Shown here: piece by piece, positions 23,385 through 35,450 of the stretch
How the letters are laid out: each line of letters starts with the position of its first letter
How positions within the stretch are numbered: the first letter of the stretch is position 1
Assembly (NCBI GenBank): GCA_050613775.1
Contig: JBODTK010000139.1
Location: 248,001-312,000, forward strand
Reading direction: 5' to 3'
Length of the DNA: 64,000 bases
Source: Neocallimastix sp. 'constans'
Taxonomy: Eukaryota
Notes under the pieces: generated by a model
What the model saw: the letters and a program-made list of their open reading frames with translations, nothing else
Databases searched by the model: none
What the model was told of the DNA's origin: nothing
Made by a program: the position numbers and the translations under genes

Positions 23385-26300
23385 TGATACGGTACCACCA
23401 TAAATACCATAATTTAGTGAAACTTAGGTTAGGAATTATTTGATAAAATCTTATTAGTTAATAATAATTTAGTAATAATATATATAGTTAGTAAATAATA
23501 ATAGTTTAAGGAATGGTTCTTTTATTAATATTAATTTAGTTTTATTAATAATTTAACCTATAAACATGTTTATTAGTATAGTTTAGTATAGTTTTATATT
23601 TAGTTTACATTAATAACATAAGAAATTTGAGTAAATAATTATATTTTATTGAATGATTTAATTATATTTTAACTAGTTAACAAATATTTATATTGATGAT
23701 GTATTTTTATTGATGAATGATAATAAATAAATAAAATAAATAAACTAAATATTAAAGTGTGAATATTATTATTGTGTGTATTATTCTATATAATATTAGA
23801 ATATATTATTTTGTCAATTATTCCCTACTGTTATCGTCCAAATAAAATAAAATAAATATTGATATTGATGTTTAATAAAAATATCGTATCATAATTTTGG
23901 TAGAGAATCCGGGCGTGACAGTAACAAAATAATATGAAAATAATATTTATAGAATAATAATAATGCATAATAATAAATAATAAAATAAGTTTAATATATA
24001 TGTGAAAAAAAAATAATAATAAAATAAAAGTAAAGTAAAAATATTATATAATTAATAATAGTAAACAAAAAAGTATATTTAATAATAAATAAATAATTAA
24101 TTAAAATGGATATCTATAAGTTGTTAAGAAGTTTACCATCATTGAAAAATTATGGTAAAGATGTAGACTTATGGATATATGATTTTGAAGAAGTTACGGA
24201 TCTATGGGATATCCAAAATCCTAAAAGAAGACTTGTCTTTATGAAAGAATGTGTGAATTATGCTCTTAAAGAAGTTCTAAAAAGTATAGAAGAAAATTGC
24301 GAGAATCAAACCAATCTATCAACTCAAATTATTATAGAAGAAATTGAAAAATATTTGGGAATTACTCAAAATGATAAAATTTGGGAATTAAAAGAAATGA
24401 AAATTAAAACAAATGAATCAATTCCTATATTTAATATTAATTATATAAGAAAATTTAAAAATATTGATGAAGAAATGAGAAAATTAATTACAGTTGAGGA
24501 TTATATAAACTCAATTAAGCCAAGAATATATCCATGTTTAAGGGTATTAGAACAGGAATGTGAAAATATTGAAGAAGCAATTAAAATCGCGGAAAAGGCC
24601 AGTAGAATTGAAGAGACATTAAAATTCAAAATAGATTTTAATAATTATAAACAAAATTATAAAAAGGATTATATAAATGATTATAATAATAATATTAATA
24701 AGAAAAATAATAAAATAATGTGCTTTAGATGTTATGAATTAGGCCACAAAGCATTCAATTGTAAATATTCATTTAAAGAATTGTCAATAATGGAAGAAAA
24801 AGGAATAATAGAAAAGAATAAAAGAAGTAATTATAGGAAAAATTTTAATAAGAAAAAAATATTTTCATATAATAAAAATAATTATAAATTAAATGGTAAA
24901 AAAGGCAATAATTATTATTATAATAATAATGAGAATTATTCTGGTAATGTTTGTAATTGGAATAATAAACAAAATAATATTAATATAAATAAAAAGAATA
25001 ATTTAAATAATTACATGAGTATTAATAATAATTATCGAAATAATAAGTTGAACATTCCAAGGTATGAATTCAATAATAATTATGATAACAATAAAAATTT
25101 TTATTGGACTAAAAATATTAAACATAGAAATTGGTATAATAATCTTGGTAATAATAATAATAATAATTATAATTACAGAATAAATAATAATAGTAACAAT
25201 GATATTAATAATAATAATTGTAGAGGTGAAAACAACAACAACAACAACAATAATAATAATTATAATGATAGAAATAACAGTTACACGAATTCTTATAGAA
25301 ATAATTACAATAATAATTACAATATTAATGCCAACAACAATAATTACAACAATGATAATTACAATAATAATAATAATAACAGTAATAATAATTTTAACAA
25401 TAAAAATGATATAATTACTTATGAAAAGAATATAGAAAACCAAATTAGTAATTTCAATTATAATATTAATAAACCTGGAGTTAAGGAAAAGGTGATTTTT
25501 ACTTCTAATGAAAATAAGAATTTTGACTATAGTAATAAAAATTTTGAAAGGATAAATACTAATTCAATATTTATAAATAGTAATAAGAATAATAATGTTA
25601 ATGAAAATAATAATTATAATATTATACGTAACACGGTAGGTTTAAAGAAAAAGGGTTTTGGAATGGAAAATAATACAAAAAAAAAAAAATAAATAATAAT
25701 TAATTAAATAATTTGAAATTTCAAAATCTCAAATTTCAAAATTAAAATTTAAAATTTTGAAATATATTTTTTTTTATTATATATTGTTTAAAAATTTATT
25801 ATTATAAAAATTTATTATATATTTATATAAATTTTATATAAAAAAAAAAAAAAAAAATTTATTATAAAAAAAAATTTATTAAAAAAAAAAAAAAAAAAAA
25901 AAATATTAAAAAAAAAATTTATGAAAGTAACTAAATTTTGGTGACTTCAAGGGACGAAGTCTAATTTCAGTGGGGGCATTTTGATACGGTACCACCATAA
26001 ATACCATAATTTAGTGAAACTTAGGTTAGGAATTATTTGATAAAATCTTATTAGTTAATAATAATTTAGTAATAATATATATAATTAGTAAATAATAATA
26101 GTTTAAGGAATGGTTCTTTTATTAATATTAATTTAGTTTTATTAATAATTTAACCTATAAACATGTTTATTAGTATAGTTTAGTATAGTTTTATATTTAG
26201 TTTACATTAATAACATAAGAAATTTGAGTAAATAATTATATTTTATTGAATGATTTAATTATATTTTAACTAGTTAACAAATATTTATATTGATGATGTA

Positions 26301-26488
26301 TTTTTATTGATGAATGATAATAAATAAATAAAATAAATAAACTAAATATTAAAGTGTGAATATTATTATTGTGTGTATTATTCTATATAATATTAGAATA
26401 TATTATTTTGTCAATTATTCCCTACTGTTATCGTCCAAATAAAATAAAACAAATATTGATATTGATGTTTAATAAAAATATCGTATCA
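23385..26488 (+). mobile_element. Gag-only LTR element D (non-autonomous, TR-GAG-like)
   Basis: 507-bp near-identical LTRs (23385-23891, 25982-26488), TSD TTTA, PBS TGGTAGAGAATCCGGGCG at 23898-23915, PPT GTGGGGG near 25970-25976, single ORF. Confidence 0.93.
24106..25692 (+). CDS. gag: Gag-like protein with CCHC knuckle and long Asn-rich tail
   Basis: 528 aa; N-terminus resembles A/B Gag; CFRCYELGHKAFNC; C-terminal half rich in N and Y. Confidence 0.88.
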   Translation: MDIYKLLRSLPSLKNYGKDVDLWIYDFEEVTDLWDIQNPKRRLVFMKECVNYALKEVLKSIEENCENQTNLSTQIIIEEIEKYLGITQNDKIWELKEMKIKTNESIPIFNINYIRKFKNIDEEMRKLITVEDYINSIKPRIYPCLRVLEQECENIEEAIKIAEKASRIEETLKFKIDFNNYKQNYKKDYINDYNNNINKKNNKIMCFRCYELGHKAFNCKYSFKELSIMEEKGIIEKNKRSNYRKNFNKKKIFSYNKNNYKLNGKKGNNYYYNNNENYSGNVCNWNNKQNNININKKNNLNNYMSINNNYRNNKLNIPRYEFNNNYDNNKNFYWTKNIKHRNWYNNLGNNNNNNYNYRINNNSNNDINNNNCRGENNNNNNNNNNYNDRNNSYTNSYRNNYNNNYNINANNNNYNNDNYNNNNNNSNNNFNNKNDIITYEKNIENQISNFNYNINKPGVKEKVIFTSNENKNFDYSNKNFERINTNSIFINSNKNNNVNENNNYNIIRNTVGLKKKGFGMENNTKKKK

Positions 26489-26762
26489 TTTAGTATTCGT
26501 TACACAGGCATAATCTTAGTATATTAATATTATTGTTTATTTTTTTTTATATTGTTTTATATGTCTTATGAATTATTTTAATCTATTCAATATATAATTT
26601 TAATTTATTTTAACTGTTTTATGACTTTTCGTATTGGTTACATTATTTTCAATTTAAGTTATTTAATTGCTAATTTAAATTATATTATTAATTTAATTTA
26701 TATAGTTTAAATTTTAAGTTATCTTTCATTATATATCTGGAATCTTTGAATTTTATTTTTTT

Positions 26763-27008
26763 AGGCTTAAAATATGTAGCTGACCTCCTGGATTTATTTT
26801 CAGCTTAAATTGTATAGCAGACACCCTAGATTCTCTTTCAGTTTAAACTGTATAGCTAACATCATAAATTTACTTTCAGTTTAAACTATATATAGCTGAC
26901 AACTTAAATTTACTTTCAGCTTAAATTATATAACTGACATTTTAAATTTACTTTCAGCTTAAATTATATAGCTGACATCCTAGGTTCACTTTCAGCTTAA
27001 ATTGTATT
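26763..27008. repeat. 38-bp minisatellite, about 6 units
   Basis: Unit resembles TTCAGCTTAAATTATATAGCTGACATCCTAGGTTCACT. Confidence 0.85.
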
Positions 27009-27019
27009 TTAACATTCCC

Positions 27020-27900
27020 TCTATGTGTGATTGATATCCAATGGAATGACATGTTTAATCAAATGATCGTAAAAACAGTTACAATTGTAGTATTATATAC
27101 ATATTAAGTCTTCATCATTTTGTATTTTGCTCTTTAATAAATGATGAAATGAATTTACACTTTCTTTGTGGAAGTCAATATTTATTTTAAATACGTTAAA
27201 GTCTTTTGATTTTTATTATTATTTTTACCTAAACTGAGGGTTAGTTTATTACATTTCACAAATAATTTTAATTATGAAGTTATTTATTTTAAGTAGAATA
27301 GTTTCTGGTTTGTGACGCTAATGCTAAATGTTTTATATAAATTTCATTATAATAATAAGATATTGCTATATGTTAAAAGTTCTGTATTACGTAAAAAAAA
27401 AATTCATTATAAGTTTTGTTAATATAAATTTAAATAATTTCAAGTTCCCCCTATTGTAGTAATTCAATATATTATCTTTTAATAAAACTTTTAATTACTT
27501 GCATTATTATTACTGTAATTTTGATTGTTATTATTATTATTATTTTTTAACGTTATTAGTGATATTATTCTAATTACAAAACCTTTATTTCATTAGTTAT
27601 CATTTTGTCATTTTATGTAATGTTATATATATAAATATATTATTGATTAAGTTATAATATAATTACATTCATTTAATTTTATTTTATTATCAATATAAGT
27701 CATACATAATGAAGTATCTGTAGCTTGCCTTAATATAAATACCATCTTCGACACTATCTATATACCATTTTCCATTTATCGATACTTTTATTATAAATCC
27801 AAACAGCTGATTCGGAATCTATAAAACTTTCTTGTGCAGCAATAAATTTGCTTAAAATGTTAATAAATGATAATAAATAATTCAGATAACATTTTAATAA
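27020..27900 (-). pseudogene. Possible decayed secreted or ricin-like gene
   Basis: Short coding-like minus-strand stretch (AAQESFIDSESAVWIYNKS) without an intact ORF. Confidence 0.25.
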
Positions 27901-28860
27901 TATATTTATAATATATTTTAATAAAAAAATCATTTTATAAATTATTTATATTAAAATTTAAATATATCATTATAATTTTCTAATTATTAATTAAAATACA
28001 ATTCATTTATTGTGAATATTTTAATAATTATAGAGGATTAGAAGTATTTAAAATTACACAATCAATTTATACATTTATGAATTTTTTTTTTTTAAAAAAA
28101 AATAAATATGGTATCTTTATTATAGGATAGTAATATTTGTACCATTAATATTAATATTAGTTTTATATATAATTTTTATATTTTTTTAATGAAATGAAAT
28201 TTTTACATTTTTACAATTATTTATCATAATATAAATTATATTTTATAATTTTAAAAAATAAATAATTAAATAAATAAATTCTGAAAAATCTTATAATTTT
28301 TAAAAAAACTTTTAAATAAAATATATATTAATTATAACATATTATATAATAAATTAGTTAATATCATATAATATTCAAATATACATTTTATTTATATTAT
28401 TTTTGTTTAAAATTTGTTGTATTTGTAGTGTAGTAATTTCTTTTTATTTAAAATTTTTTTATTTGTAATAATTTTTATTTATTATTTCTAATATTATTTA
28501 TTTAAACTATACTCTTTTATTTTTATTTTTTTTTTTATTTAAAATAAAATTTAATTCCTAATCTTTATTTTTTTTTATTAAAATAATTCTTAATTTCTAA
28601 TCTTTATTTTTTTTTATTAAAATAATTCTTAATTTCTAATCTTTATTTTTTTTTTATTAAAATAATTCTTAATTTCTAATCTTTATTTTTTTTTATTTTC
28701 TTTTTAATTTATAATTTTATAAAAATTATTTTTATTTATTATTATATAAGTGAGATAAACATATAACTTTTATTATTAATAAAAAATTATATATTATATA
28801 CTAATAAATATTTTAATATTTCTATATTTTTTATAATATTATTTTTATATATAAGTTTAA

Positions 28861-30301
28861 TTAATTGGTACTAGGAACATCTTTTTGTTCCCATAACATT
28901 TTTAGGTTAGATTCATTACATGTAGTTAAAGTTAAATAATGTTCTGAATATTCATCATCAACATCGTCAATTCCACTAATACATTTTTCCTTATATTTTA
29001 TATATTTAAATTTTGGAATATATTTTATAATTACTTTATCATTAAGATTTTCATAACATCTACCTGATAAATTTTCATTTTTATCGACAATCAAACAAAG
29101 TTTATCATTAATTGTAGATTTTAAATAAAATTTACCATTAAAAACTTCAACATACCATTTAAAACTCTTTAATGATTTATTGCATTTTTCATATCTAATA
29201 TTATTACCTCTTTGATTAACCATATATAAACATTGTTTAAAATATCTATTATATAACCAAATATACTTTCTAGATTGAGGTTTCAAAGATTCAGGTGTAG
29301 ATGAGGATGTAGATATTGAGGTAGATGGTGCTGAATTGAACATTGGATAACTCCACATTATTTGCTTATTTCCAATATCCCATGCAATACTACGAGTTCT
29401 AATATCACAGTACAATCTACTATTATTATTTATTATAGGAGATCTAATAGATTAATAGTTTTATTATTTTTATTTATAAAACTATATTATTACTTGCAAC
29501 TTCTATTTTAAATAAATACACTGAGTTATTTTTAACATAATCTATTTCAGTTGATGTCTTCAAATTATGATCTCTATATAATAATTTACCATTAAGAATA
29601 ATCATTGAATAGTCACCACAATATAATATTTCTCCTTCTTCGAAAGAGTGACTTATTTTTATTTCTTTTGCATCATATGGTCTATTAGATATAGTTTTGT
29701 TAACAGCCCATTTGTATTCACCGGTACTTGATTTCAAAATTAAATTTCTACTTTTAATAAACATATAGTAATGACTCCAACGTTTTAGATAATGTTTAAT
29801 TACTATAATTTTTATAATAAAATATGGCTTCATTTTCCGTAATATTTAACGAAGCATTATATTTTGATTGTAATAATTCACCGGTTAATAAATTATTAAA
29901 ATAGTATTTTTAACTAAATTAGTTGGATCGTTAGGAATAAGATAGTATTCATAATATTCTGGTTTTGCAAATATATAATTAATATATTTATTTCTGACAT
30001 GTTCATTACAAGAGGTTATATCATATAAAATAGAATTTACAAATCTTATATGATTACTGTATAATCTTTTATTCCAATTACTCTAATATAAATTATGATA
30101 TTGATCCTCAACAAATAATTCACCTTCATCTGATAAGGTTAAATAAAATTTGTATTTGTTTAAAAGATTATTCATCTTTTCAGTATTTATTAAAGAAAAT
30201 AATGTATTAGAAGTATTTATATTTTCAATTTCTATTTTATTAATAGATATTGCACCTATACTAGTTAAACTGGTAATTAATAAAGCTAATTTTAATAACA
30301 T
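28861..30301 (-). pseudogene. Disrupted secreted protein with C-terminal ricin-B-like domain
   Basis: Signal peptide MLLKLALLITSLTSIGA; three ORF fragments separated by stops or frameshifts; S/T linker; beta-trefoil-like C/W spacing (KQCL..KCN..KWY..KLCL..TTCNE..MLWE). Confidence 0.55.
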
Positions 30302-30619
30302 CTTATTATTATTTAAATTTAAAATTTATAATTTATTATATTTCATTAAAAATTATTATAAAAATAATATTTTAAAAAAATATATATATATATATTTTGG
30401 TTTAATTACTTAAAAATTATGTTTTAAAAAATATTATATATATATATATTTTTGAAATTATAAAATTTATAATTCCATATATAAAAGATATAATGGACAA
30501 TTTTTTAAAAATAAACTATTTTTAATGATAGAATAATTATCTTTATCTTTATATTTATATTCATAATTAAATATGATTATAAAATGTTATTTTTTAATAG
30601 TATTAATGATATAATTATT

Positions 30620-31357
30620 CTAAAATATAAAATATATTAAAAATACTAAAATTATTAAGATAGTAGATAATATATTATTAAATTTAATAGTCATAGCTCT
30701 ACTTGTACTAATATTTTTATTGTTAGTTTCATGTAGTTTTTTACAAGTATCAGAATTTACATAAGAAATATTATCTTTGATTGATGTTAATTTATTATAA
30801 GAATATTTAACGTTTGAAGTTGAAAGATTTTCCAAAGCTGCATATTGGTCAAGATTAAGGTCTTTATATATCTCTATTAATTTATCCGTACATTGTTTAG
30901 ATCTGCAATTATCAGATAAAGGATCACTAAAATATGCTCCACCTTGTATAATACTTAAAGCAACTGGACATATTTCATTATTTTCATCTATAAGACATTG
31001 CATTTCTAATGCTATTTTTATATATTTTATTATTTGTATTTGAAGATACTCATTATATAAGGGATTTTTACTACATATTGGATAATATTTTGATTTATCA
31101 ATATCATTATAGAATTTTTGACATTTTTCAGATTTAACATTTATACATGATTCTTTATAGTTACTTAAAGTTATTTCTGGAATACAAATACTATATTCAG
31201 AATTCTTATCTTCTTCAATACATTCTTTACTTAAACTATTTGTTAATTTATCTGTATCAATTTCAATTTTATGTTTTAATACATCAGAATAAGTAGTACA
31301 ATTAGCTAAAGAAAAAATTGAAATTATTAAAATTAATATTAAAAAAGATAGTTTCAT
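30620..31357 (-). CDS. Secreted Cys-rich protein, probably GPI-anchored
   Basis: 245 aa; N-terminal signal peptide; multiple Cys; hydrophobic C-terminal tail. Confidence 0.85.
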   Translation of the reverse strand: MKLSFLILILIISIFSLANCTTYSDVLKHKIEIDTDKLTNSLSKECIEEDKNSEYSICIPEITLSNYKESCINVKSEKCQKFYNDIDKSKYYPICSKNPLYNEYLQIQIIKYIKIALEMQCLIDENNEICPVALSIIQGGAYFSDPLSDNCRSKQCTDKLIEIYKDLNLDQYAALENLSTSNVKYSYNKLTSIKDNISYVNSDTCKKLHETNNKNISTSRAMTIKFNNILSTILIILVFLIYFIF

Positions 31358-31509
31358 TTTAAAAATAATTTATTAATTAAAATTTTAATTTTTTTAAAAA
31401 ACATATAAATCAATTTATTATAAATTTAAAAAAAAAAAAAATAAAATATTAATTAAATTATTTTCATCCAATCATAACTAATATAAATAATTCTTTTAAT
31501 TCATTAAAC

Positions 31510-33601
31510 GAATGTGGTTCATTTCGCCAATTTTTATAATACAAAATTTCAATACGCCATTTATTTTTAATGGCTTGTAAAATTTTTTGTTAACGCCATA
31601 AAAAATTTTAATAAAATTATTGTACTTTTATATTATTACATTCAATATTTATTTCATTTCATTTTATTTTATTTTATTTTATTTTATTTTATTTTATTTT
31701 ATTTTATTTTATTTTATTTTATTTTATTTTATTTTATTTTATTTTATTTTATTTTATTTTATTTTATTTTATTTTATTTTATTTTATTTTATTTTATTTT
31801 ATTTTATTTTATTTTATTTTATTTTATTTTATTTTATTTTATTTTATTTTATTTTATTTTATTTTATTTTATTTTATTTTATTTTATTTTATTTTATTTT
31901 ATTTTATTTTGTTCAATCTGTACTTATATTTATATTCTACTATTTATTTTATTTTATTTTATTTTATTTTATTTTATTTTATTTTATTTTGTATAGTTGT
32001 ACTAACTATTGCATTCTTTATTTATTTATTTTTTTTTTATAAATAATTGAAAAATTAATTTTTTAAAATTAGCATTTAGAATAATATTAGATAATAAATA
32101 TAATAATTTTAATTATATAATTAAAAAATATTTATAAAAATATAGAAATGGAAAAAAATCTTATTATTGATATAAGTGAGTCTAACAAAGGAAAAAAATA
32201 AATTATTATTAATAAAAAATATAAATTTAATTTTTCATATATAAGAAAAGACAATTCAAAACTTTATGTACAGAAATAAATGTAAATCTTTTACTATTTT
32301 AAATGATAAGAAAGAAATCTTAAAATATGATAGTTCACATAATCATCCTGAAAAAGAATACGATGTATCTCTATCTATAATGAAACATAAAATTAAAGAT
32401 GGAATTGAAAAAAGTTCAATTCCTTATGGTATAAAAATAAAACCCCTATATAATAAAATTTCTAAAGAAATGAGATTTATATGTTCAGAATATAATTCAA
32501 TTAAATCCCAAATATCAAGAAATTTAAATAAAAAACTACCATCCAATGTAACAACATTTACTGAAATTCCTAATGAATCTAAATATTATAAAACAAAGTG
32601 AGGTGAAAATTTTATGATATTCAAAAAATATTAATTTAATAATTTTTCAATCTCCTTTCCAAGTAAAATTATTTAGGGAATATAATGATGATATATTTGT
32701 TGATGGTACATTTTTTATTGCCCCTAAATTTAGTTATCAAATATTTATTACAAGAAAGAATTAGATAGTTTTTACACTACTTCTTTTGCAATATTACAAA
32801 ATAAAGAACAAGAAACATATAAAATATTTAAAAAATTAAAAAAAAAAAATTCTAATACATGTAACAATAATATTATAATTGCAGAATCAATAGTTATTTA
32901 AATAATTTATTTCAAACAATATCATCTTATTATGAATTAATAGATAAATTAAGTGAACTTGAACATTTACCATATTTTGATTATCAAAGAAAAATAAGTG
33001 GAATTTAGAAAATAAAAAAAAGAGCAATAAATAAAGCTAATGAAATCAGTGTCTTAATTGAACGCTACAAAAATATTGAAACTAAGTTAATTGATACTAA
33101 ATGTGATAGAAATAATACTATTAATTTGTGGTTTGATTGTTCAACTGATTTAAATAATATAATATAAATATTATTTTATAATAAATAATTAAAAAATGAG
33201 AAATAACCAAACGAAATAATCAGAATTCTGTCATTCAAAAATTTAATTTATAAAGCTTATTAAATTTATACAGTTTAAATAAATATTCAAATACGTCTCT
33301 ATAATTAATAATTTTATCATTATAATTATTTTTTTTTAATAACATTAAAATAAAAGAATTATTATTAATAATATTTATATTTTAATAACACTTATATTTT
33401 TATATAATTTTTTTATTAATAGCATTTAAATAAATTCATAAAATCCAACCATTATATGATTTATTTAATTATTCACTTAATAATTAATTTAAAAATTGAA
33501 ATAACAAAAAAATACAATAAAATAATATTATGTAGCATAATATAGCTATAGCCACAAATTTATATACATCACGTGAAAATTTGGCGTAATGCAACCTTCC
33601 C
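31510..33601 (+). mobile_element. Degenerate, internally deleted Mutator-like (MULE) DNA transposon
   Basis: Imperfect TIRs GGTTCATTTCGCCAATTTT (31516) and AAAATTTGGCGTAATGCAACC (33576-33596); flanks TCATTAAAC and TTGTTAAAC (decayed 9-bp TSD); transposase remnants HNHPE and IFVDGTFFIAPK at 32148-33170. Confidence 0.8.
31660..31990. repeat. (TTTTA)n microsatellite
   Basis: Long pure pentamer run with one interruption. Confidence 0.97.
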
Positions 33602-34830
33602 TTGTTAAACATAACATATAATAAATTAATTGAATTTACTTTTATTTAACAGTTAATAATTTAACTGAATTAATGGATGATATACAACTCAAAAGTTCGA
33701 TGTACTTTTGTTGGGATTTATTTATTAAATTTATTAGTTTATTATTTATTTATTTATTTATTTTTATTTAAAAACTACATATATTTAAAAAGGCTATTTA
33801 ACAACTTTCTTTTACTTTTAATTACAAACTAACTTAACATTACTAAATACGATATAACTTTTAATCTTAACTAGACTTAATACAACAACACTTCTCTTAA
33901 TTCCGAGAAATGCTTTATTTTTATTTAGTTATAATTAACTATTTAATAAATTGTTCTTGTGATTAAAATAAACTATTAATAATTATTATTTAAGGAAATA
34001 TTTAATAACTATATAAATAAATATAAAATAATAAGAATATTATTAAAACATTTATGCAATATAAATGATATATAGAAATCAAGCCACATATTGAAATTGT
34101 TATAAAATCATTAGATTTAAATTTGATTTATGCATTAATTTATGTTTGAATAATAAAAACTATTTTATATTAAGGTTTGAATATTTCATATTATATCATG
34201 TATTATTTTATATTATGTATATAAATAAAGAACAAGTTATGAAATTATGAAATTATATTTAAATGAATAATATAAATTAAATTGTGATGAATTAGATTTA
34301 TTTTTTTATGAAGTTATAATATAAAAAACATTATGTACAATACAATATTTAAATTTGTCTAATGTTATAAATAAAATTTTATAAAATTTGATTTATAAAT
34401 TTATATAATTAAGTGTATTACTTTTATTTCTTAATATTTAAGGTATTATTTTTATTAATAAATTTATAATCGATGTCAATTTTATATTTATTTCTATTTT
34501 GTTTATTTTTATTTTATAAATTGATTTTTCAAATTATAATTTTATATTTTGTATTTATATTACATTTTATTATTATAATGATAGTATCTAGCCAAAAAAA
34601 GTTAATCGAATTAATTGAAAATAAAAATTTAAATGAAATTAGAAGAATATTTGAAGAAGATGAAATAATAATTGAAAATATAAATGATTTTAGTAAAACG
34701 CTTTTATATTTAATAAAAGAAAAAATTTCTTTGGATATAGTATAATATTTAATAAACCAGCAAAAAAATTAGGATTACATCAAAATATAGATAATTGTAA
34801 CGAATCTTAAAAAATTAGAAATTAGAATGC

Positions 34831-34884
34831 TGGTATAGTGGTTAGTCACTATGACCTCAGCCTGAACCACTAGGGTTCGACTCA
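34831..34884 (+). promoter_or_regulatory. tRNA-like Pol III A and B boxes in F 5' LTR (also 40687-40740 in the 3' LTR)
   Basis: TGGTATAGTGG (TGGCATAGTGG in the 3' LTR) and GGTTCGACTCA start 43 nt apart; canonical tRNA spacing from position 8 to 52 is about 44. Confidence 0.7.
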
Positions 34885-35408
34885 CACCTTTACTAAAATT
34901 TTATATCATTTAAATTTTAAAGAATTTTTATACTTCATTTCTGTATTTGTTTCTGTATTTGTTTCTGTATAAATTTCTGTAAAAATTAACAAAAGAAATT
35001 CTTAGAAATTAATAGAAACAAATCAGATAGAAATTCTATTTTAATTTATCTTTTATCATTATTTCCTTTAGATTCTTTTTAACCGAAAATAATCAATTTT
35101 TATGAAACTTTTTAATGATTTTATGGTTTTAAATTTTTATGGATTTAAATTTTGAAAAACTATAAATAGGAGTGAATTTCGCAGCCAAAAAAAAAAAAAA
35201 TATTATAAAAAATGGTGTTTTTATTAATTATTAAATTAATTAATAAGTAATTCGAAATATTACAATAATTAATCTTTATAATTAATATTTTTAAATTTCT
35301 TAATTAATAAAACTATATTTTAAAAAAAACCAAATTACTTATTAATCAAAAAGTGCTTACCTATTGTGTTACACTCTTTAAAACACGGATATTCCAATAT
35401 TCGTTACA

Positions 35409-35420
35409 ATAAAAACACCA
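35409..35420 (+). promoter_or_regulatory. Self-priming PBS
   Basis: ATAAAAACACCA is the exact complement of TGGTGTTTTTAT (35213-35224), which lies about 50 nt downstream of TATAAATA (35161). Confidence 0.85.
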
Positions 35421-35450
35421 CTAAACTAAGCACAATACCTTTGCACTTTT

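Larger units (their letters stand above)
6084..26504 (-). mobile_element. Split F-like chromovirus solo LTR (6084-6612 plus 26493-26504) hosting a ~20-kb insertion stack
   Basis: Termini TGTAAC (6084) and GTTACA (26504). The same 5-bp CAGGC flanks both sides (6079-6083, 26505-26509). The rejoined sequence resembles the F LTR 5' end. Confidence 0.8.

Noticed and set aside
26763..27008. CRISPR-like array
   Set aside because: Whole units are homologous with no unique spacers, there are no cas genes, and the context is eukaryotic.
34824..34900. Functional tRNA gene
   Set aside because: Boxes are present but I found no acceptor stem or canonical anticodon arm.
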